DNA of 37,564 nt from assembly GCA_904502075.1 (NCBI GenBank), contig CAJGDL010000001.1, positions 1 to 37,564 on the forward strand. The letters run 5' to 3'. Both the position numbers and the translations under genes were made by a program. This stretch comes from an uncultured Alistipes sp. GTDB lineage: Bacteria > Bacteroidota > Bacteroidia > Bacteroidales > Rikenellaceae. This document shows positions 1 through 12,088 of the stretch, in pieces; position 1 is the stretch's first letter; each line of letters opens with the position of its first letter. The notes under the pieces were generated by a model. That model was given only the letters and a program-made list of their open reading frames with translations, was not told where the DNA came from and searched no databases.

Positions 1-1
1 C

Positions 2-820
2 GAGAGTCGACAGTTGCCCCGCATCCTGCGCGACCAAGGCTACGAAACCGCCTTCTTCTGCGGTTCGGAGGCGGGTTCGATGGGCTTCGGAGCCTATGCC
101 CGCTCGGCCGGCATTGAGCACCTCTACGCCCGAGAAGAGTACGAAGCCCGCCACGGCAAAGAGGACTTCGATGGCTATTGGGGGATTTGGGACGACAAAT
201 TTTTGCACTTCTTTGGCGAGGAGCTCACCACCCTCCGAGAGCCCTTCCTGGCCACCCTCTTCACCCTCTCGTCGCACCACCCCTTTGTGGTGCCCGAACG
301 GCTGAAGGACTCACTGCCCATAGGCCACACGGCCATCCATCGCTGCGCCGCCTACGAAGACTACGCCTTTCGGGAGTTTTTCCATCGCTACCGGGAGGCC
401 GAATGGTTCAAGAATACCCTCTTTGTCTTCGTAGCCGACCATGTCTCGTCGGAGCGCTACAGCACGGAGAGCCTCACCTGGCCGGGCGACCACCACATCT
501 TCGGTTTCTGCTACGCCCCCGGAAGCAACCTTAAGGGCGAGAGTTCGGAGCCGGCACAGCAGATCGACTGGATGCCCACCATCCTCGCTCTTTTGGGGAA
601 TACGGAGCCCTATTTCGCCTTTGGGCGCGACCTCTTCGCCGAGCCCGAGCGTCCGCGTTGGGCCTTCAGCTACGAAAACGGCTACCAACTCATCACCGAA
701 GAGGGGGCCCGCGCCCTCAGTCCCGAACTCTCGGAGCAAGACGAGGAGGCACAAAAATTGAAGGCCCTCATTCAGCAATACTACACGCATATCAGCCAAC
801 AGAGTTACCTGGTAAAATGA
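2..820 (+). CDS. LTA synthase / sulfatase-family membrane protein, C-terminal part (5' truncated by window edge)
   Basis: Frame is open from the window start. Motifs TLSSHHPF, FVFVADH, QQIDWMPTIL and FGRDL are typical of LtaS/sulfatase-like proteins. Confidence 0.8.
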   Translation, partial: ESRQLPRILRDQGYETAFFCGSEAGSMGFGAYARSAGIEHLYAREEYEARHGKEDFDGYWGIWDDKFLHFFGEELTTLREPFLATLFTLSSHHPFVVPERLKDSLPIGHTAIHRCAAYEDYAFREFFHRYREAEWFKNTLFVFVADHVSSERYSTESLTWPGDHHIFGFCYAPGSNLKGESSEPAQQIDWMPTILALLGNTEPYFAFGRDLFAEPERPRWAFSYENGYQLITEEGARALSPELSEQDEEAQKLKALIQQYYTHISQQSYLVK

Positions 821-2241
821 TCTCGTTCAAACCCGTAGAGCTGGCCGACAAGGCTACAATCGAACACTACACCCACCCCAGCGAGTGCCGCAACTGCGAC
901 ATGTCGTTCGCCAACATCTACTGCTGGCGCGCCTTTCACCAAACCCATTGGGCCGTGGTGGAGGGGTTTCTGATCATTCGCTTTCTGATCGACGGCCGAG
1001 AGCAACTGGGTTACATGCAACCCATCGGCGAGGGCGATTTCTCCCACTTGCTTCCCCTCTTGGAGCAGGATGCACGCGAAAATTTCGGACAGCCGCTGCG
1101 CCTCTACGGCCTCTGTCGCGAAGGCCGCAAGTGCATCTGCGAGAGCTCGCTCTGCCACGACTTCGCCTTCGACGACGACCGCGCCCTGTCGGACTACATC
1201 TACCTGGCCGACGACCTCCGCTCCCTCGCGGGCCGCAAGTACCAACCCAAACGCAACCACCTGAACCGTTTCCTAAACGGCTACAACTACCGCTACGAAC
1301 CCCTCACCCCCGACCACTTCGAGGCGTGTCTGCAACTCGAAGCCGCCTGGCGAGCTGCCCGCACAAGCGACACCGACAGCGAGGCGATGCGCCACGAGCA
1401 GCGAGCCCTGCGCGAGGCCTTCGACCATTGGCAGGAGCTCGACTTGATGGGGGGCGTGCTCTATGTCGACGACCGCCTGGCCGCCTTTACCTACGGCTCG
1501 CGGATCAACTACGACACCTTCGACTGCCACATCGAGAAGGCCGACACCCAATACGAGGGGATCTTCGCGGCCATCAACAAACTCTTTGCCGACCACCTGC
1601 CCGCGGAGTTTACCTACATCAACCGCGAGGAGGATATGGGTCTCGAGGGGCTGCGTCGCTCGAAACTCTCCTACTACCCCACCCTGCTTTGGCCCAAGAC
1701 CACGGCACTGCTCCTTGGTGACGAGCAGCGGGCCTGCAAAGCCCTTTGGCAGGAGGTCTTCGGCGACGAGGAGGCCTTTGTCGATCGCTTTCTGATCCAC
1801 CACTTCCGAAGCGACCGAATGCTCCGCATCGAGGAGGATTGCGCTGAACCATCGACGCTCACCAACCCCAAAAATCGAAAACTCCTCTCGATGCTCCACC
1901 TCCTTCCGTTCCGTACCGAGGAGGGCGAACATGTGGGCTATATCTACGGCGTGGCCACCACCCCCGAGGCCCGCGGTCGCGGCCTGGCCACCCGCCTCCT
2001 GCAGGAGGCAATCCAACGCGCCCAAGCCGAAGGGATGAAGGCGCTGATCTTGATCCCGGCCGATGACCAGGTGCGCGCGTTCTACGCCCACCACGGCTTC
2101 TCGGGTGAGGTGCCCGTGCGTCTGCTTGCCACTGCCGATTTCGACTTCGGCACCGGCACCCCCGACCACGACCGGGCCATGGTGCTCCCCTTAAGCGCGG
2201 AGTTTTCCACACCCCCCGAGTTGGAACTGCACAAAGACTGA
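817..2241 (+). CDS. DUF2156 (phosphatidylglycerol lysyltransferase C-terminal-like) domain fused to a GNAT acetyltransferase
   Basis: ATG at 817 overlaps the upstream TGA (ATGA). N-terminal part has GRKYQPKRNHLNRF, HIEKAD and YINREEDMGLEGLRRSKLSYYP. C-terminal part has the GNAT acetyl-CoA motif VATTPEARGRGLA and FYAHHGF. Confidence 0.8.
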   Translation: MISFKPVELADKATIEHYTHPSECRNCDMSFANIYCWRAFHQTHWAVVEGFLIIRFLIDGREQLGYMQPIGEGDFSHLLPLLEQDARENFGQPLRLYGLCREGRKCICESSLCHDFAFDDDRALSDYIYLADDLRSLAGRKYQPKRNHLNRFLNGYNYRYEPLTPDHFEACLQLEAAWRAARTSDTDSEAMRHEQRALREAFDHWQELDLMGGVLYVDDRLAAFTYGSRINYDTFDCHIEKADTQYEGIFAAINKLFADHLPAEFTYINREEDMGLEGLRRSKLSYYPTLLWPKTTALLLGDEQRACKALWQEVFGDEEAFVDRFLIHHFRSDRMLRIEEDCAEPSTLTNPKNRKLLSMLHLLPFRTEEGEHVGYIYGVATTPEARGRGLATRLLQEAIQRAQAEGMKALILIPADDQVRAFYAHHGFSGEVPVRLLATADFDFGTGTPDHDRAMVLPLSAEFSTPPELELHKD

Positions 2242-2413
2242 TTTTATAACATATAGGCATCCGTTTTCAGATAGATCGGTATTTTTTGCGATTGGAGCGC
2301 AATTCGAGGCCCATTTTTGACTTTTTTACATTTTTTTGGCAAAATTGTTGGTCGATTCATTTTTTTTTATCATCTTTGCACCCGCAATCGAGGAGAACCC
2401 GTTTCTCCGGAAG

Positions 2414-2485
2414 GCCGAAATAGCTCAGCGGTAGAGCACTTCACTCGTAATGAAGGGGTCCCGAGTTCAAATCTCGGTTTCGGCT
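2414..2485 (+). tRNA. tRNA-Thr(CGT)
   Basis: Acceptor stem GCCGAAA/TTTCGGC, D arm GCTC-AGCGGTA-GAGC, anticodon arm CTTCA-CTCGTAA-TGAAG, T loop GTTCAAATC. CCA is not encoded. Confidence 0.97.
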
Positions 2486-2487
2486 CA

Positions 2488-2680
2488 GAGCAAAAAGGAC
2501 GAAAAATACTTTCGTCCTTTTTGTTTTTTTGCTCTTCGCATATCGACATTCCCCCTAAATCCCCCTTTGAAAAGGGGGACTTGTCGCAGGATAACCCTAC
2601 TCCAAAATACTTTGAGCAAAAAGGACGAAAAATACTTTCGTCCTTTTTCTTTTTTGCTCTTCGCATATCGACATTCCCCC
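2488..2680 (+). repeat. Direct duplication of about 67 bp (2488-2555 and 2614-2680) flanking a small CCCCC/GGGGG palindrome
   Basis: Both copies read GAGCAAAAAGGACGAAAAATACTTTCGTCCTTTTT...GCTCTTCGCATATCGACATTCCCCC and differ only in the T tract. Confidence 0.95.
2492..2530 (+). terminator. Intrinsic terminator after tRNA-Thr (second copy at about 2618-2655)
   Basis: 13-bp stem AAAAAGGACGAAA/TTTCGTCCTTTTT followed by a T tract. Confidence 0.8.
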
Positions 2681-2952
2681 AAACCGAGGATTGCCCCAAA
2701 CCGCCTAATCGACCGGGCGGTTGAGCAAATCTGCAACTCTTTTATAATAGGAAGATCCCCACGAATTTTCATGCAACACCACCAGGCGATGCTACGCCTT
2801 AAAATGAAAATTCTCGGGATGACGCGATGTGTTTTCCCCACCAAATTCTTTCTGCCCCCCCGAAACCGATTCACCCGCTCCATTTTTCCCCTCGCGCATC
2901 GACACGCCTCAAAGTATTCGGAAAATTTGGGCCGAAATCCTATAATTTTTAC

Positions 2953-2960
2953 TACATTTG
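2953..2960 (+). promoter_or_regulatory. Bacteroidetes primary-sigma -7 box for cstA
   Basis: TACATTTG matches TAnnTTTG and lies 28 nt before the ATG at 2989. Confidence 0.6.
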
Positions 2961-2988
2961 TATGGTAAAACTTTATAAAAAGTACGCT

Positions 2989-4464
2989 ATGGTAACCTTT
3001 TTGATCTGTTTGGCGATGCTCATAGGGGCCTATTTCACCTATGGGCGTTATTTGGAGCGGGTCTGCGAAATCGACGCAAAAAACCCCGTCCCCTCGAAAA
3101 CCTGCTACGACGGAGTGGACTATCTTCCCCTCCCACGCTGGAAGGTCTTTCTTATTCAGCTACTCAATATCGCCGGCCTGGGCCCCATCTTCGGCGCGGT
3201 GCTGGGTGCCGCCTACGGCCCCGTAGCCTTTCTGTGGATCACCCTCGGAGGCATCTTCCTCGGAGCCATGCACGACATGATCTCGGGCGTAATTTCGCTG
3301 AAGCAGAACGGTATGAGCCTTCCGGAGATCATCGGCGACCTGTTGGGCGACAAGGTGAAGTTCTTCATGCGTCTCTTCACCGTGCTCCTGATGGTATTGG
3401 TCGGGGCCGTATTCCTCTCGCAGCCCGCCAACCTCATTGATTTCCACCTCGCGATCCCCGCCCTTGAAGGGATAAGCATTGGAAACTATAGTTGTATGCT
3501 GCTCCTGATTTTGGGGGCGATTCTCATCTACTACATCCTCGCCACGCTGCTGCCCATCGACAAGATCATTGGCAAGTTCTACCCCATCTTCGGCTTGGGC
3601 CTGCTTGTCATGGCCCTGGGCATCCTCTTCGTGCTGCTGACCCAAAGCGACAAATACCCCATTCCGGAGCTCACGTCGTTGGAGAACATGATTGCCAACC
3701 GGGAGAAATTCCCGCTCCTACCCATGCTCTTCACCACCATTGCCTGCGGAGCCATCTCGGGCTTCCACGCCACGCAGTCGCCCCTGATGGCGCGCTGCAT
3801 GACCAACGAAACACAGAGCCGCTCGATCTTCTACGGAGCCATGATCGCCGAGAGCATCGTCGCCTTGATTTGGGCCGCCATCAGCATGGCCTTCTGGGGC
3901 GGTGTGCAAGGACTCAACGAGGCAATTGCCGCCCACGGGGGCAATGCCGCCATCTTGATCGACCAAATTGCCACCGAGACCCTCGGCTCCACAATTGCCG
4001 GCCTGGTGATCTTCGGTGTGATCGCCTGCGCCATCACCTCGGGCGACACCGCCTTCCGCTCGGCACGCCTGATTGTGGCCGACTTCCTCAAAATTGATCC
4101 GAAGAGCCTCTCCAAGCGCATCTTTGTCTCGCTGCCCCTCTTTGCCTTGGGTCTCATTATTATCCTTGCGCTGCCGTTCCAAACCATTTGGAACTACTTT
4201 GCTTGGTGCAATCAGAGCCTGGCAGCCATTACCCTATGGGCCATCACGGTCTACTTGGCCAAGCAGCGAAAGCCGATTTGGATCGGTCTGCTACCGGCCC
4301 TCTTCATGACCTATGTCTGCACCAGCTACATTTTTGTATCGCCCCTGATGTTCGGTCTCGAAAGTCGCCTTACGGCCTACCTGCTGGGAGGGCTCCTCAC
4401 GCTGATCATCTTTGGAGCAGTCCTCAACCTCATAAAAAAATACACCCATGAAAAACGCGCCTAA
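2989..4464 (+). CDS. cstA: Carbon starvation protein A family transporter
   Basis: Multi-TM protein with DGVDYLP, QLLNIAGLGPIFGA, IACGAISGFHATQSP and ITSGDTAFRSARL. Start placed at MVTF, downstream of the -7 box. Confidence 0.9.
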   Translation: MVTFLICLAMLIGAYFTYGRYLERVCEIDAKNPVPSKTCYDGVDYLPLPRWKVFLIQLLNIAGLGPIFGAVLGAAYGPVAFLWITLGGIFLGAMHDMISGVISLKQNGMSLPEIIGDLLGDKVKFFMRLFTVLLMVLVGAVFLSQPANLIDFHLAIPALEGISIGNYSCMLLLILGAILIYYILATLLPIDKIIGKFYPIFGLGLLVMALGILFVLLTQSDKYPIPELTSLENMIANREKFPLLPMLFTTIACGAISGFHATQSPLMARCMTNETQSRSIFYGAMIAESIVALIWAAISMAFWGGVQGLNEAIAAHGGNAAILIDQIATETLGSTIAGLVIFGVIACAITSGDTAFRSARLIVADFLKIDPKSLSKRIFVSLPLFALGLIIILALPFQTIWNYFAWCNQSLAAITLWAITVYLAKQRKPIWIGLLPALFMTYVCTSYIFVSPLMFGLESRLTAYLLGGLLTLIIFGAVLNLIKKYTHEKRA

Positions 4465-5152
4465 ATACGCCCTAACCCCCACCGCCGAACAGACCTTCGA
4501 ATTGGAGGGATCGGGGCCTTGGGATTTTCGTAAGCGTCTCCGCACAGCCAACGAGATGCAACACTCGGGGCAGATCGAAGCCGCCTGCGAGGAGCGGTAC
4601 CGCGCCGTGCAACTCATCGAAGAGCTCCTGCCCGAGGAGGAGGAGATCAACCTCGAGTGGAACCACCCGAACTGCCGGGCCGCCCTGGAACTGATTCACG
4701 GATCGGCCATCGACCACTTCCTGATCGGCGATTTCGAACTCTCGGCAGCCCTGCTGGAACTCTGCCTGGAACTCGACCCCGAAGACCACCTCGAAGCAGT
4801 CAATCTCCTGGGATTCGACTATGTGGAGCTCGGCGAATACGATCTCTGCGAGGAGATCCTGCTTGACATCTCCGAAAAGAGCCCCATGCGCCCCCTGCTG
4901 GAACTTTGGCTCGCCTTCCGCCGAAGCGGAGAGTTGGCTGCCGCCCCGTTGCAGCACCTCAAGAGCCGCCACACGGCCCTCTTCGAGGAGTTTACGGCCG
5001 AGGAGCACCCCGCGGACGAAGCCTTCATAAAAGAGATCAACTCCGAACGCCCCTCGGCACGCGCCCAGGCTCGCGAAGTGTGGCTCCAAACCGAACCCCT
5101 GTGGGCTCTACACCCCGAATTTATCTCCGCCCTCAAGGCTGCCAAAGGATAA
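4448..5152 (+). CDS. Hypothetical all-helical (TPR-like) protein
   Basis: 234-aa ORF with host-like codon usage overlapping the cstA end. TPR-like segment GDFELSAALLELCLELDPEDH. Confidence 0.65.
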   Translation: MKNAPKYALTPTAEQTFELEGSGPWDFRKRLRTANEMQHSGQIEAACEERYRAVQLIEELLPEEEEINLEWNHPNCRAALELIHGSAIDHFLIGDFELSAALLELCLELDPEDHLEAVNLLGFDYVELGEYDLCEEILLDISEKSPMRPLLELWLAFRRSGELAAAPLQHLKSRHTALFEEFTAEEHPADEAFIKEINSERPSARAQAREVWLQTEPLWALHPEFISALKAAKG

Positions 5153-5252
5153 AAAGAGGTGAAGTATAAAATCTTTTTCTGCTCGAAAATCGAGAAAAAA
5201 CGAGGCTCGGGAGGAAAAAACCACCGGAAAAGAGATAAAAAAGGTGGAAATG

Positions 5253-5284
5253 TTTGGTAAATCGGGAAAATCGTTTTACCTTTG
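5253..5284 (+). promoter_or_regulatory. -33/-7 promoter of rpmH
   Basis: TTTG (5253-5256), 20-nt spacer, TACCTTTG (5277-5284). Confidence 0.75.
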
Positions 5285-5343
5285 CACTCCGCGAAATGTG
5301 ATTATTTGAGCAATAAATAACTAAAAACGAGATAGCTATGGCA

Positions 5344-5505
5344 ATGAAAAGAACTTACCAGCCTTCGCGCCGCAAGCGTATTAACAAGCACGGTTTCCGT
5401 CAGCGTATGGCAACCGCCAACGGTCGCAAGGTATTGGCCGCACGTCGTGCCAAGGGTCGCAAGAAGCTGACCGTTTCGGACGAGTCGACCTTCAAGTACG
5501 CTTAA
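5344..5505 (+). CDS. rpmH: 50S ribosomal protein L34 (absent from the ORF track, 53 aa)
   Basis: Manual translation: [53 protein letters not shown]. Confidence 0.98.
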   Translation: MKRTYQPSRRKRINKHGFRQRMATANGRKVLAARRAKGRKKLTVSDESTFKYA

Positions 5506-5525
5506 TTCCCTCGGGAATGGGCCAT

Positions 5526-5565
5526 AGAATGGGGTGGTGCAAGGCATCACCCCATTCTGTTTTTG
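5526..5565 (+). terminator. Intrinsic terminator of rpmH
   Basis: Stem AGAATGGGGTGGTGC/GCATCACCCCATTCT followed by GTTTTTG. Confidence 0.85.
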
Positions 5566-5568
5566 ATT

Positions 5569-5672
5569 TTATAGGGCATATTTCACCTTGCCTTGCGCGC
5601 CCCGGATGGGTTGTACTTGAGGTACTACCCATCCGGGACTTGCTGCGTTAAGTCGAAATCTGCTCCTTATAA
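5569..5672 (+). repeat. GTAC-apex palindromic element, copy 1 (subfamily B-like)
   Basis: Apex CCCGGATGGG-TT-GTAC-TTGAG-GTAC-TA-CCCATCCGGG. Outer arms TTATAGGGCATATTTC / GAAATCTGCTCCTTATAA. Confidence 0.8.
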
Positions 5673-5676
5673 GCCA

Positions 5677-5955
5677 GTCATTGCGAAGAGGGCGAAATCC
5701 CGACGTGGCAATCTCCCGTGAAATTCAAAATTCAAGATTCAATTTTTTTTATTCCTAATTCTCCACGTCGTCATCCCGAGGGAGCGTGAGCGACCGTGGG
5801 GATCTTTTTATGGGCGACCAATCGCGAGAATAATTCTCCGATAAAAAGATGGCCACGTCGAGCTTACGCCCTCCTCGCCATGACGCGGCGCGGAGTGGTG
5901 ACGGCTCTCCGCTGCTCGGGAGATTGCCATGTCGCCTTCTGCTCCTCGCCATGAC
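5677..5955. repeat. Cluster of four REP-like GTCATTGCGAG...GGCAATCTC-type repeats (two forward, two reverse)
   Basis: Copies at 5677-5716 (+), 5770-5805 (+), 5847-5884 (-) and 5918-5955 (-). A fifth copy is at 14649-14684. Confidence 0.8.
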
Positions 5956-6020
5956 TGCCATAGGGAATTAGGAATAAGGAATAAAAAATTGTGAATTGAA
6001 ATAATTCCCAATTATTTTCC

Positions 6021-6028
6021 TATCTTTG
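6021..6028 (+). promoter_or_regulatory. -7 box for murA-tdk
   Basis: TATCTTTG lies 27 nt upstream of the ATG at 6056. Confidence 0.65.
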
Positions 6029-6055
6029 TATATCGAACCCGAACCAAAAGAGATT

Positions 6056-7354
6056 ATGGCTATTTTTCAAGTAGAAGGCGGACACCGCCTGCATGGTGAA
6101 ATCACCCCGCAAGGAGCCAAGAATGAGGCTCTTCAGATCCTCTGTGCCACGTTGCTGACCCCCGAAAAGGTGATCGTGAGAAACGTGCCCCAAATCCTGG
6201 ATGTGCTCCAACTCATCGAGTTGCTGAAGGCGATGGGGGTCGAGGTGGAAAAACTCTCCGACGACTGCTACTCGTTCCGCGCCGCCGAGATCAACCTCGA
6301 CTACCTGCAGAGCGAGGATTACCGCCGTCGTGGAGCCAAGTTGCGCGGTTCGGTGATGATGCTCGGCCCGCTGTTGGCCCGTTTCGGAGTAGCCTACATT
6401 CCCAAGCCCGGAGGCGACAAGATCGGTCGCCGTCGCCTGGACACCCACTTCCTCGGATTCCAAAAGCTCGGTGCCGAGTTAGACTTCTCGGCGGGCAAGG
6501 TCTCGGCCAAGGAGTTGAAGGGAACCTACATGCTCCTGGACGAAGCCTCGGTAACGGGTACGGCCAATATCGTGATGGCTGCCGTTTTAGCCAAGGGGAC
6601 GACCACGATCTACAACGCCGCCTGCGAGCCCTATCTGCAGCAGCTCTGCAAGATGCTCAACCGCATGGGTGCCAAGATCTCGGGTATCGCCTCGAACCTG
6701 CTGACCATCGAGGGCGTGGAGTCGCTCGGAGGCACCGAACACACGATGCTTCCCGACATGATCGAGGTGGGTAGTTTTATCGGTATGGCGGCCATGAACC
6801 GCTCGGAGCTTCTGATCCGCAATGTGTCGTTCGAGAACCTCGGCATCATCCCCACCCAATTTGCCCGCATGGGTATACAGTTCGAACAGCGAGGCGACGA
6901 CCTCTACATCCCGCAGCAGGATCACTACCGCATCGAGACCTTTATGGATGGGTCGATCATGACCATCGCCGATGCCCCGTGGCCGGGACTCACGCCCGAC
7001 CTGCTGTCGATCTTCCTGGTGGTGGCCACCCAGGCCAAGGGAGCCGTACTGATCCACCAAAAGATGTTCGAGAGCCGCCTCTTCTTCGTCGATAAACTGA
7101 TCGACATGGGGGCCCAGATCATCCTCTGCGATCCCCACCGTGCCACCGTGATCGGACACAACCACGAGGTGCGCCTGCGCGCTACGCGCATGTCCTCGCC
7201 CGACATCCGTGCCGGCGTGGCCCTGCTGATTGCCGCCATGTCGGCCGAAGGGGTCTCGACCATCCAGAATGTGGATCAGATCGACCGCGGATACCGCGAC
7301 ATCGACCGCCGATTGAATGCCCTGGGAGCAAGAATCACCCGCCTCGACGAGTAG
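6056..7354 (+). CDS. murA: UDP-N-acetylglucosamine 1-carboxyvinyltransferase
   Basis: Motifs [37 protein letters not shown] and IDRGY. Confidence 0.96.
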   Translation: MAIFQVEGGHRLHGEITPQGAKNEALQILCATLLTPEKVIVRNVPQILDVLQLIELLKAMGVEVEKLSDDCYSFRAAEINLDYLQSEDYRRRGAKLRGSVMMLGPLLARFGVAYIPKPGGDKIGRRRLDTHFLGFQKLGAELDFSAGKVSAKELKGTYMLLDEASVTGTANIVMAAVLAKGTTTIYNAACEPYLQQLCKMLNRMGAKISGIASNLLTIEGVESLGGTEHTMLPDMIEVGSFIGMAAMNRSELLIRNVSFENLGIIPTQFARMGIQFEQRGDDLYIPQQDHYRIETFMDGSIMTIADAPWPGLTPDLLSIFLVVATQAKGAVLIHQKMFESRLFFVDKLIDMGAQIILCDPHRATVIGHNHEVRLRATRMSSPDIRAGVALLIAAMSAEGVSTIQNVDQIDRGYRDIDRRLNALGARITRLDE

Positions 7355-7406
7355 GTTAAAACACCACATAGGTATAACTGCAACAAATAAGGAAAAGAAT
7401 CGAAAT

Positions 7407-7988
7407 ATGTTTTTGGAAAGTTCAACAAAGAAGGGCTGGATCGAAGTGATTTGCGGCTCGATGTTCTCGGGCAAGACCGAGGAGCTGATTCGCCGCATGA
7501 AGCGCGCAAAGTTTGCCAACCAACGCGTAGAGATCTTCAAGCCCCGCATTGATGTACGATATTCGGAGGAGGAGGTTGTGTCGCACGACTCGAATGCCAT
7601 CCGCTCCACCCCCGTGGATTCGGCACAGACCATCCTACTGATGGCCTCGGATGTGGATGTCGTGGGTATTGACGAGGCCCAGTTCTTCGACGAGGGAATC
7701 GTAGAGGTCTGCCGCAAGTTGGCCGACAACGGCGTGCGCGTCATCCTGGCCGGCCTGGATATGGACTACCTGGGAAAACCCTTCGGCCCCATGCCGGCTC
7801 TGATGGCCACAGCCGAGTATGTCACCAAGGTACACGCCATCTGCGTCCGCTGTGGTAACCTGGCCCACCACTCGCACCGCCTGATCGTGGACGACAAGCA
7901 GGTGGTCCTGGGTGCGCAGGATAGCTACCAACCCATCTGCCGCCACTGCTTCGCCGAAGCGATGAAAGCCAAAGGGAACGAGCAATAA
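7407..7988 (+). CDS. tdk: Thymidine kinase
   Basis: P-loop [25 protein letters not shown], and Zn-binding CVRC...CRHC. Confidence 0.96.
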   Translation: MFLESSTKKGWIEVICGSMFSGKTEELIRRMKRAKFANQRVEIFKPRIDVRYSEEEVVSHDSNAIRSTPVDSAQTILLMASDVDVVGIDEAQFFDEGIVEVCRKLADNGVRVILAGLDMDYLGKPFGPMPALMATAEYVTKVHAICVRCGNLAHHSHRLIVDDKQVVLGAQDSYQPICRHCFAEAMKAKGNEQ

Positions 7989-8011
7989 ATCGGCCTTCGA
8001 GGAAAGAGCGC

Positions 8012-8050
8012 TACGAGCCTGTCTTAAAACAAAGACAGGCTCGTACTTTA
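8012..8050 (+). terminator. Hairpin/terminator after tdk
   Basis: 14-bp perfect stem TACGAGCCTGTCTT/AAGACAGGCTCGTA with a short T-rich tail. Confidence 0.65.
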
Positions 8051-8087
8051 TGGGGATGCTTGCTTACAGAATAAATGGAATTTATCC

Positions 8088-8342
8088 CCCCCTCTATTGC
8101 ATGGTAAAGATGGGATACTAAGCGAGGAAATTCCGCGCCGACATGAAATTGGGGCGGATGGGTAGTACTTTCGTACGTCCCATTCACCCCAAGGATTGAA
8201 ATGCGAAATTTTCCCCCTCTATTGCATGGTAAAGATGGGATACTAAGCGAGGATATTCCGCGCCGACATGAAATTGGGGCGGATGGGCTGTACTTTGCGT
8301 ACTGCCCATTCGCCCCAATGATTGAGGTGCGGAATTTACCGC

Positions 8343-8358
<16 letters not shown>
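8088..8358 (+). repeat. Tandem pair of GTAC-apex palindromic elements, copies 2 and 3 (subfamily B, period 125 bp)
   Basis: Units 8088-8212 and 8213-8338. Apices ATGGG-TA-GTAC-TTTC-GTAC-GT-CCCAT and ATGGG-CT-GTAC-TTTGC-GTAC-TG-CCCAT. The copy 3 stem spans 8231-8358 and reaches into the PFOR CDS. Confidence 0.92.
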
Positions 8359-11873
<3,515 letters not shown>

Positions 11874-11976
11874 TTTTATCAGATTTTAACGTTATTTTCA
11901 ACTCAGTTTTCAACTAACCTATCCGATTTTCGACTCCTTGGTTTCACGAATCCATCCAATGCGCGAAAATCCGGTG

Positions 11977-12058
11977 CAAAGATACAAAAAATTCGCCAAG
12001 GTGATCACCTTTCGAGCCATTGCCAAGATAAAATTTGACAAAAAATCATTTATCTTTG
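11977..12058. promoter_or_regulatory. Divergent -7 boxes for nifJ (minus, 11977-11984) and the M16 peptidase operon (plus, 12051-12058)
   Basis: TATCTTTG occurs on each strand, facing the respective gene. Confidence 0.7.
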
Positions 12059-12088
12059 CCCAACGAAACCCAATATTATCAGGATCGA

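Noticed and set aside
2317..2968. ORFs 2317-2724, 2370-2699, 2450-2968 and 2485-2883
   Set aside because: They overlap the tRNA and its duplicated terminator. The repeated peptides merely reflect the DNA duplication.
5302..5550. 82-aa minus-strand ORF
   Set aside because: It is antisense to rpmH, which is the real gene here.
5755..6011. Short ORFs in repeat regions (also 8201-8476, 14577-14995 and 23929-24138)
   Set aside because: They are translations of palindromic or tandem repeats, without host-like codon usage.
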